Shown piece by piece: positions 9,395 through 16,669 of a DNA stretch of 64,000 nucleotides; the first letter of the stretch is position 1, and each line of letters opens with the position of its first letter. Below the pieces are notes generated by a model. The model was given only the letters and a program-made list of their open reading frames with translations. It did not search any database and had not been told where the DNA came from. Source of the DNA: Patescibacteria group bacterium (GTDB lineage: Bacteria; Patescibacteriota; Minisyncoccia; UBA6257; 2-01-FULL-56-20); the NCBI GenBank assembly GCA_024654525.1, contig JANLHI010000032.1, forward strand, positions 64,172 through 128,171. The letters run 5' to 3'. Both the position numbers and the translations under genes were made by a program.

Positions 9395-10798
9395 ATGAAA
9401 CTTACTTTTCATGGCGGGGCGGGATCGGTCACGGGGGCGAATTACTTGCTTGAAGTGGGGAGTCGGGAGCAAGGAGGAAGGAAAATCCTTGTTGACTGCG
9501 GGTTGCAACAAAGCGGGTATTACGCGGAAGGGGAGAATTTTAACGCGTTTCCGTATAATCCTCGGGATATATCCGATGTGCTTATTACTCATGCACACAT
9601 CGATCACATCGGACGTATCCCGAAACTAGTGAGGGATGGATTTCGAGGGATTATACATTCGACTCCGCCGACAAAAGATTTTGCGGAATTTCTTCTTCTT
9701 GATTCCGAACATATTCTTGCGAAAGAAGCAGAGAGAGAAAGGAAAGCTCCGCTTTACGGTACCTCTGATGTGGAAAGAGCAATGGAACAATGGCAGGGAA
9801 CGCCATATCATAAAGAAATTGAATTTGGTTCTGTAAAGTTTCGCGATGAGCGAAATCACGGAGCGGGGTCTGTGCGGGCGATGTTTTTTGATGCGGGGCA
9901 TGTGCTTGGTTCTTCCATTGTGCGTATTGAGGCTGAAGGAAAGACTGTTTTATTTTCGGGGGATTTGGGAAATTCTCCTCCACCCATCATACGTTCTACG
10001 GAAAAAATGGAGATGGCAGATTACTGCCTAATCGAATCCACGTATGGAGATCGCATTCATGAAAATGTCGGGTCGCGAAGAGAGATGCTTGAAGATGCAG
10101 TAGAAGAAACAGTGAAAGATGGGGGCGTTCTTATGATCCCCGCTTTTGCGCTCGAGCGAACGCAAGAATTGCTTTATCACCTCCACGAACTTTTTGAGCA
10201 AGGGCGTGTGCCAAAGATTCCGGTTTTTTTGGATAGTCCTCTCGCAATCAAACTTACGGAAGTCTACAGGAAATATGATTCATATTTCAACAATGATATG
10301 CAACGATTGGTTCGTTCCGGAGATGATTTTCTGAATTTTTCGGGATTAAGACTCACGCTTACCACCGAACAATCCAAAGATATTAACAAAGTGCCGTCGC
10401 CGAAAATAATTATTGCAGGTTCGGGCATGTCCCATGGAGGGAGGATACTTCATCACGAACGCCGTTATCTTTCCGATCCGAAAAACGCCATTCTTTTTGT
10501 GGGATATCAAGCGAGGGGGTCGCTCGGGCGAGCCATTATGGAAGGTGCGAACACTGTCCGTATTTTTGGAGAAGATGTTTCGGTACGTGCTAAAAAAATT
10601 AACATAGCGGGGTATTCCGCACATGCGGATCAGCCCCAGCTTATGAATTGGTTGCGCCCTATGAGAAAAACGCTCAAAAAGGTGTTCGTAGTACAAGGAG
10701 AAGATAGTGCAAGCGAGACACTTGCGACTAAAATTAGAGATGAGTTTGCAATAATGGCGGTAGTACCTAAGAAAGGAGAGAGTTTTGAGCTAGTGTAG
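9395..10798 (+). CDS. MBL-fold beta-CASP family ribonuclease (COG1236-like)
   Basis: Metallo-beta-lactamase motif ITHAHIDHIGRIP. Downstream beta-CASP motifs GYSAHAD and the D/H residues. Confidence 0.75.
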   Translation: MKLTFHGGAGSVTGANYLLEVGSREQGGRKILVDCGLQQSGYYAEGENFNAFPYNPRDISDVLITHAHIDHIGRIPKLVRDGFRGIIHSTPPTKDFAEFLLLDSEHILAKEAERERKAPLYGTSDVERAMEQWQGTPYHKEIEFGSVKFRDERNHGAGSVRAMFFDAGHVLGSSIVRIEAEGKTVLFSGDLGNSPPPIIRSTEKMEMADYCLIESTYGDRIHENVGSRREMLEDAVEETVKDGGVLMIPAFALERTQELLYHLHELFEQGRVPKIPVFLDSPLAIKLTEVYRKYDSYFNNDMQRLVRSGDDFLNFSGLRLTLTTEQSKDINKVPSPKIIIAGSGMSHGGRILHHERRYLSDPKNAILFVGYQARGSLGRAIMEGANTVRIFGEDVSVRAKKINIAGYSAHADQPQLMNWLRPMRKTLKKVFVVQGEDSASETLATKIRDEFAIMAVVPKKGESFELV

Positions 10799-10821
10799 GC
10801 GTTTGGTGGTATACTCTTTGT

Positions 10822-11415
10822 ATGCCTATACAAAAAAAAGACGCGCATAGCGGGAATGGTTTAAAGTATAAAATTTGTATTTCCGGAGCGGCGGAGACGG
10901 GAATATGCGCACCGGATGCGCTTGAAAAAACTGAGGCGTTAGGCCGACTTATTGCAGAGCGGGGAATGGTTGTGGTTACGGGGGCTACTACCGGAACGCC
11001 GTTTTGGGCGGCAAAAGGCGCAAAGGAAGCGGGGGGTACGGTGATTGGTATATCACCCGCATCTTCAAAGATACATCATGTAAAAACCTATCGTCTTCCT
11101 ACTGATTACCATGATCTTATTATCTATACGGGGTTTGGATATTCAGGAAGGAATCTTCTCCTTACGCGTTCTGCGGATGCGGTGATTACCGTATGCGGTC
11201 GTATCGGGACTATGAATGAATTTACGGATGCGTTTGAAGATGGAAAGCCTCAAGGAGTGCTTGCGGGAAGCGGAGGTACCGCAGATATGCTTCATGATTT
11301 TCTTGACACTGCACATCGCGGATATGGGAAGGTGGTGTTTGAAGCGGATCCCGCAACATTGCTTGATAAAGTAGTAAAATTGATTGATGCGGAAGAACGC
11401 GAAGCCGATAACTAA
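10822..11415 (+). CDS. LOG/TIGR00725-family Rossmann-fold protein
   Basis: Glycine-rich Rossmann motifs ICISGAAETG and VVTGATTGTPF. Size and motif order match the LOG/SLOG family. Confidence 0.55.
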   Translation: MPIQKKDAHSGNGLKYKICISGAAETGICAPDALEKTEALGRLIAERGMVVVTGATTGTPFWAAKGAKEAGGTVIGISPASSKIHHVKTYRLPTDYHDLIIYTGFGYSGRNLLLTRSADAVITVCGRIGTMNEFTDAFEDGKPQGVLAGSGGTADMLHDFLDTAHRGYGKVVFEADPATLLDKVVKLIDAEEREADN

Positions 11416-11428
11416 AGGGCGTACTTAT

Positions 11429-11815
11429 ATGTCTATTATCATGTTAAAAGCGAAGAAAAAAGAGACAAAGAAAACAAAACCCAAACCCAAACTCAAGCCC
11501 AAGGCGAAGTCAGTGGTGAAGAATAAATCTAAAGGTAAAAAAGTTATTGTAAAAAAAATAATCTCTTCAAAACCCGTCGGAGTCGTCACTCATTTTTTTG
11601 GAAATATTTCTGTGGTGATTGTGAAGTTTAAAGTACCGGTAAAAGTGGGTATTGTGCTTTCTTATCGGGGCGCCACTACTGATTTTGCGGAGATGGCAAA
11701 ATCCATGCAATACAATCACCACGAGATAGTGTCGGCAAAAAAAGGACAGGAAGTGGGGATTAAAGTGAAGAAGAAGGTGAGAGAAGGTGATGAGGTGTTT
11801 GTCGTCGAGAAGTAA
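11429..11815 (+). CDS. Small protein with a lysine-rich N-terminal tail and an EF-Tu domain II / IF2-C2-like beta-barrel
   Basis: N-terminal KKKETKKTKPKPKLKPKAK tract. C-terminal hydrophobic/glycine pattern (VGIVLSYRG...GQEVGIKVKK...GDEVFVV) resembles translation-factor beta-barrels. Confidence 0.45.
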   Translation: MSIIMLKAKKKETKKTKPKPKLKPKAKSVVKNKSKGKKVIVKKIISSKPVGVVTHFFGNISVVIVKFKVPVKVGIVLSYRGATTDFAEMAKSMQYNHHEIVSAKKGQEVGIKVKKKVREGDEVFVVEK

Positions 11816-11895
11816 TATTTCTATTCCGGCTTTTATAGGAAGATATTTTCCTGCATCACTATGTGGGAAACGTAGGATTTTTAATTTAATATATT

Positions 11896-13008
11896 ATGGC
11901 TTCACGAGAGTTGCGTACATTTCTTTCTCAAGCGGCGATTGTAACCGCAACGACCGTCGGTGCGGGGATGTTTGCACTGCCGTATTCTTTTGCGTTGGCG
12001 GGATGGGGGCCGGGATTATTTTTTCTTTCTACTCTCGCGGTGATATTAGGGTATGTGCATGCAATATATTTTTCCGTGCTTCAGCGCGTAGGAGAAAGAC
12101 GGCGTCTTACTGGATTAGTACGCGACGTTTTTGGGCGTGTGTATGGTGCGGGTGCGCTTGTAGCGGTAGTGGCGGGACAGATATTTTCACTTCTTCTTTA
12201 CATCATTATCGGAGTGACTTTTCTTCGGTTGTTAGTTCCTGAATTTCCCATTGTGGGAGGAGTGATGTTTTTTTGGATCATCGCAACACTCCCGCTATTT
12301 TTTCCTTTACGGAAATTTGTGCGCATGGAGGTGTTAGGAGTGGCGGCTCTTCTTTTGCTTGTAATGGTGTTTGTCATGGGAAGTGATGTGACATCGGCGG
12401 TTTCCCGAGCTCCCCTTGTGAATTGGGAATATATGCTTTTTCCTTTTGGACTCATTCTTTTTTCTCTTGCGGGATGGACTGCGGTAGAGCCTGTATATGA
12501 GTTAGGCGTAACATCCGGAAGCACATGGAGACGTTCAATTTTTGCACTTGTGTCGGGAACGGGTGTATCCGCTTTTATCTATATTGTTTTTATCCTTGCT
12601 ATCCTTGGGTTTCCTGCAAATATCATGCCGGATACCGTGTCGGCATTTTCCGATTCTTTCTATCGCATCGCATTGGGTGTTTTGGGGCTTTTTGCCATAT
12701 GGACTTCGTATATACCGGTAGGACGCGAGGCATCAAATGCACTTATAGATTACGGATGGCGGAAAAAGAGTGCGTTATGCGTAGTTGCCATTACGCCCCT
12801 TTTGCTTTTCTTTGTCGGACTTTCGGATTTCTCGCGTCTCGTGGGGTTGGTGGGAGGAGTATTTCTTGCGGTTCAGTATTTGTTCATTATTGCGGTTGGG
12901 AAAAAACTTCTTATGCCTCGCGGTACCGCACATGTGCTTTACATGCTTCTTTTTATTATTCTCGGTGCGGGTGTGTTGTACGAGTTGTATTATTTTTTTA
13001 CGCAGTAA
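11896..13008 (+). CDS. Amino-acid permease-like membrane protein (HAAAP/aromatic amino acid permease-like), about 11 transmembrane segments
   Basis: N-terminal motif TTVGAGMFALPYSF. Multiple hydrophobic helices. Confidence 0.65.
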   Translation: MASRELRTFLSQAAIVTATTVGAGMFALPYSFALAGWGPGLFFLSTLAVILGYVHAIYFSVLQRVGERRRLTGLVRDVFGRVYGAGALVAVVAGQIFSLLLYIIIGVTFLRLLVPEFPIVGGVMFFWIIATLPLFFPLRKFVRMEVLGVAALLLLVMVFVMGSDVTSAVSRAPLVNWEYMLFPFGLILFSLAGWTAVEPVYELGVTSGSTWRRSIFALVSGTGVSAFIYIVFILAILGFPANIMPDTVSAFSDSFYRIALGVLGLFAIWTSYIPVGREASNALIDYGWRKKSALCVVAITPLLLFFVGLSDFSRLVGLVGGVFLAVQYLFIIAVGKKLLMPRGTAHVLYMLLFIILGAGVLYELYYFFTQ

Positions 13009-13073
13009 TATGTAAAGAGAAGTGTTGGGCATTGAGAAAACCGTGAAATACGAGTACATTAAGGTTGCTGAAT

Positions 13074-13150
13074 GCGCCCGTAGCCCCGGCGCAAGGTCGG
13101 GGTCCCGACCCGAAGGCGTCGGGATTCAACGAGTTGTTTGGTAGGAAGCT
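13074..13150 (+). pseudogene. tRNA-like fragment (pseudo-tRNA) immediately upstream of tRNA-Arg
   Basis: Shares GCGCCCGTAG (acceptor 5' strand and positions 8-10) and a CCGAAGG anticodon-loop-like segment with the adjacent tRNA-Arg. Lacks a complementary 3' acceptor strand. Confidence 0.45.
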
Positions 13151-13225
13151 GCGCCCGTAGTTCAACGGATAGAATACATCCCTCCGAAGGATGATATCGA
13201 GGTTCAATTCCTCGCGGGCGCACCA
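13151..13225 (+). tRNA. tRNA-Arg (anticodon CCG)
   Basis: Cloverleaf by hand: acceptor GCGCCCG/CGGGCGC, anticodon stem CATCC/GGATG with loop CTCCGAA, T-arm GAGGTTCAATTCCTC, encoded CCA. Confidence 0.85.
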
Positions 13226-13520
13226 GTAAGGAAATTGCAAGTTTTGAAGGTTCGCCTCGCTTCGCTCGGCGACTGATTCGTATTGGATTTTCGGGGCAAA
13301 AACGAATTGGCGATTTTGAAAGAAGAAAAGAAATTTTTTTAATCGTTGGATTCATAAGATTTAAGTCATAAAACAGCAGAGATGTTGGTTTTTTGTTTGG
13401 CTTGACATATAGACCATAATATGCTATCCCTAATAGCATCGGAATCATGGTAGAAACCTTGAAAATCCGGTAACCCAGCCACGAGGGCTTCGTGGTAATC
13501 CAGTTCCTTGAGGAGGAAAA

Positions 13521-13820
13521 ATGAACCAGAAAGAACTGAAACTCTTGCTTCAGGAGGCGGCTAGCCCGGACTGTCCGTGGCAACGCAGGAACGAGATCCA
13601 GTGCAAGCTCGGCGAGGCATCTCCAGCGATGCGAGCCGATGGTGTCTATGAGATTGATGGGCGAGAGGCGGGAATGCATCTCGTTCTCAATCAGCTTTAC
13701 GTGGACACAATCCAGAACCGTCCAGACTTACTGCCCTCTCTGTTTCCGGCCTTCGCAGTCATCTGCGGAGATCGCGAGGAAGGAATCATCTGTGCCGACG
13801 TGGACTGGTTGTTCATCTGA
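13521..13820 (+). CDS. Hypothetical 99-aa protein, GC-rich relative to surroundings, with a strong Shine-Dalgarno sequence
   Basis: GAGGAGGAAAAATG ribosome-binding site. ORF followed by a compound hairpin terminator. Confidence 0.5.
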   Translation: MNQKELKLLLQEAASPDCPWQRRNEIQCKLGEASPAMRADGVYEIDGREAGMHLVLNQLYVDTIQNRPDLLPSLFPAFAVICGDREEGIICADVDWLFI

Positions 13821-13846
13821 ACAGCTCGAGAACTCGCGCACCAATC

Positions 13847-13890
13847 GAGCCCCTTGCGGACAATATCCGCTTGGGGCTCTCACTTTTTCT
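13847..13890 (+). terminator. Rho-independent terminator (nested hairpin) after the 99-aa ORF
   Basis: GAGCCCC...GCGGACAATATCCGC...GGGGCTC followed by TCACTTTTTCT. Confidence 0.55.
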
Positions 13891-14181
13891 AAAATTGAAG
13901 TCATTGTAATTTTCATAAAAATTATTTATTCTTTAGATATTCGCTTTGCGAATTCTTGGATTGAATGTCGCCAAAGAAAAATTGGAAATTGTTATCGGAA
14001 CGGCTCCGCCGCATTTTCGGATTTTCGCGAGGGGGATTTCCTCGCCGCCTGCGGCGGCGAAATGCGTTCGGACTAATTCAAGAATACTGCACCATAGATA
14101 AAAGCTAGAGACTGAAATGTATGAAGCCGCAGGCATGGTGCCAACGGCTTCGGTTAAATTTAAGTTCAATCCCGATAAGGG

Positions 14182-14829
14182 TTAATCGGGATCCATGAGG
14201 AATCGCGCTACCGCGAGCGCATGTGGTTTTTTGAAAACTCGAGGTGAGTGGTCGTCCGCGGTGAGGGTTCCTATGCCGATGAGACACTCAAACCCTTCAA
14301 CGCGTGCGCGGCACATGGTGCCGTGCAGTTTGTGATGGGTGTGGAACACCGGAAGGTCTCCGGTTACGTCTTCCGAGAGGCGATTAGTGCGCGCAAGAAG
14401 ACTGGGGTTAAGCGGAAATGCGAATATCTCGCCTTGTCTTTGCCATCCTGCGCCATACCGTTTTTCAAGGTGGAGAATCAGCGCCGGTTTCAATGCATTA
14501 AAAAACCCTTTCTCTCCGCTCTCACTAAAAGCTTTCCATGCATCCTCTTCTACTCCCGTGAGAAAAGGGCTCTCGTCGAATCCTCCAAACCAGTGTTCGG
14601 GACGGGGAGGGCTTGCGTCCCACCATTCTAAATCGAAATGAGGATTGCTTTCCCATAGGACAAATTGCTTATTGTCATTCACAAGGGAAATGTCTCCCTC
14701 AATGTTTTCGGGAAAGAAAATAATATCCCCATTTCTAAATGGGATTAATACTCCCGAATTAAACCGTAAAGTAACTCCCCCGATCTTTTCGGGAATTCCA
14801 TTTCTTTCCATCATCATTTTTATTTTCAT
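14182..14829 (-). CDS. Hypothetical 215-aa protein with a C-terminal His cluster (FHTHHKLHG)
   Basis: Long ORF with coding-like composition. Weak cupin-like glycine/proline patterns. No confident family. Confidence 0.5.
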   Translation of the reverse strand: MKIKMMMERNGIPEKIGGVTLRFNSGVLIPFRNGDIIFFPENIEGDISLVNDNKQFVLWESNPHFDLEWWDASPPRPEHWFGGFDESPFLTGVEEDAWKAFSESGEKGFFNALKPALILHLEKRYGAGWQRQGEIFAFPLNPSLLARTNRLSEDVTGDLPVFHTHHKLHGTMCRARVEGFECLIGIGTLTADDHSPRVFKKPHALAVARFLMDPD

Positions 14830-15076
14830 AACAACTCCTGTAGTGTGTCGAAATTGTAAGCAAAAGATGCCCGTGGAGTTCTTCGACTCCTAGTTTTCGC
14901 CCATATTTCAACGTTCTGTTTGGATTATGTTCCTGTGTTATGTGGGTGTCAACGGAATATTTTTTTGACTCATATGGCATTTTCACGTATTGTTTGGGGC
15001 AGTGGCGTGCTTGGAAGTACGCCGATTTAAATAAAAATGCGCGGTTTATCTGCGCGAAAAATTGAGGAATTATCTT

Positions 15077-15547
15077 ATGGATAGCGTAGGAAAAAAAGAC
15101 AGAGTTGGAATATGGTCCCTTCTCCATGACTTTGAGCGGGTCCTATGGGGGAAAGGGCAAAAGATTGAAATCCAAGAACCCAAAGTGGATTTAAAACCGA
15201 GTGATGTTGAAGTGGGAGTTATCACGGAAGACGCGGGGGAAGATTTAATTCTTCGTCGTTTTTTATCGTTGGTTGGGGAAAAAATCGGAAGCCATGACTT
15301 TGATGAGGCGTCCTTAATGAGGGAAACTCTCTGGGTTTTTCTCAAATTTCGGTTTCGTGAAGAAATCAAGAAAAAGAGAATTAAGGAATCCGACCTTGTT
15401 GGTGAAGAAAGGCATTTTGCGATCCGCCGAGGTTGGAGGGTGGTTGTTGCGGAGGTAAACCCGAAGATTACAGGTGCTAATAAAGGCGTTTTTTCTTTAC
15501 AACTTGTCGGTCCTAATGGTCAGCCGCTTGTTATTAGATTTAGATGA
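15077..15547 (+). CDS. Hypothetical protein (about 156 aa)
   Basis: ORF with coding-like composition. No recognisable motifs. Confidence 0.4.
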   Translation: MDSVGKKDRVGIWSLLHDFERVLWGKGQKIEIQEPKVDLKPSDVEVGVITEDAGEDLILRRFLSLVGEKIGSHDFDEASLMRETLWVFLKFRFREEIKKKRIKESDLVGEERHFAIRRGWRVVVAEVNPKITGANKGVFSLQLVGPNGQPLVIRFR

Positions 15548-15607
15548 AGGTAAATCGTGGAAAGCCGCAAGATAAACTTGCGGCTTCCTCATTTTTATAA
15601 AGCAGGG

Positions 15608-16243
15608 ATGTATGATGTACAATACTTAATTATGGATAAACGCAACGCACTTGCGGTGCTTGAGGAAGAAATGATAAGGGATGTTTCACTTCCACTTACC
15701 ACTAATCTTGTGTTTGGGGAGGGGGGTTCCGATTGTGATGTTTTGTTTATAGGAGAAGCTCCCGGGCAAAACGAGGATATTCAAAAACGTCCTTTTGTGG
15801 GACGCGGGGGACAACTTCTTCGTACGTGTATCCGTGCTATCGGATGGAAAGAGGAAGATGTATATATCACCAATATCGTAAAGCGTCGTCCGCCTGACAA
15901 CCGCGATCCACTGCCGGATGAGATCGCCGCATATACTCCATATCTCACGCGCCAAATTGAGATTATTAATCCCAAGATAATCATTCCACTTGGACGTTTT
16001 GCAATGAATTATTTTCTTCCCGAGGCGAAAATCACACGCGATCAAGGCAAATCTTTTCATGTGGATGGGAGGTTTATAGTGCCGTTTTTTCACCCGGCGG
16101 CGGCGCTTCGCGCGCCCGAGGTAATGAAAAAATTTCGTGAAGGATTTACTCATTTACCCGGCATTATTGCGAGCGAGGCCGTTTCTCAACAACCGGATAC
16201 TTCGCTATTAGAAACCAAAGGGATGCAAGGCGGTCTTTTCTAA
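15608..16243 (+). CDS. Uracil-DNA glycosylase superfamily protein (family 4/5-like)
   Basis: Motif A GEGGSDCDVLFIGEAPG and C-terminal HPAAALR motif typical of the UDG superfamily. No N-terminal Fe-S cysteine cluster. Confidence 0.75.
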   Translation: MYDVQYLIMDKRNALAVLEEEMIRDVSLPLTTNLVFGEGGSDCDVLFIGEAPGQNEDIQKRPFVGRGGQLLRTCIRAIGWKEEDVYITNIVKRRPPDNRDPLPDEIAAYTPYLTRQIEIINPKIIIPLGRFAMNYFLPEAKITRDQGKSFHVDGRFIVPFFHPAAALRAPEVMKKFREGFTHLPGIIASEAVSQQPDTSLLETKGMQGGLF

Positions 16244-16321
16244 ATGTGCGGTTTTTTTACGTGTTTTCGGGGTGATCTCTCGGAAGGTGCATAGGATAGG
16301 GAATAAGGGTAAAATAAGGGG

Positions 16322-16669
16322 ATGCATTTTGCGCTTGTCTATATCGTGCAACGCGCGTTTTTTCGAATAGCGGACTTTTTTCACCATTGGTATGGTGACG
16401 GGTCCCGTGTTGTCTTTCATAATTTTATTTCCATGCTTGAAAGACTTGATAGGAAGTTTGCCGTAAAAGTGACGTTGCGATATTTTTTCGAGCCACTCTA
16501 TCAGGATTATAGCGCGGTGGGGAGGGTATTGGGGGTGTTATTTCGGACTATTCGGGTGAGTGTGGGTTTGGCGGTATATGCGGCAACGGCGATTTTCTAT
16601 GCGATAATTTTTGCGGCGTGGTGTGCGACACCTGCCGTGCTTCTTTTCTATGTATTCACCGGATTTTAG
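16322..16669 (+). CDS. Small membrane protein (115 aa). Possibly the N-terminal part of the downstream ClpB-like gene through a frameshift.
   Basis: C-terminal hydrophobic helix. Overlaps the downstream ORF by 59 nt in a different frame. Confidence 0.35.
   Translation: MHFALVYIVQRAFFRIADFFHHWYGDGSRVVFHNFISMLERLDRKFAVKVTLRYFFEPLYQDYSAVGRVLGVLFRTIRVSVGLAVYAATAIFYAIIFAAWCATPAVLLFYVFTGF

Noticed and set aside
13059-13679. 206-aa minus-strand ORF spanning the tRNA-Arg gene and pseudo-tRNA fragment.
   Set aside because: It overlaps a well-formed tRNA and a non-coding spacer. The translation has no features. I treat it as spurious.
13639-14169. ORFs 13639-14076(+) and 13933-14169(-) in the AT-rich stretch after the 99-aa gene.
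   Set aside because: They are AT-rich, overlap each other, and have no ribosome-binding site or motifs. The segment looks non-coding.
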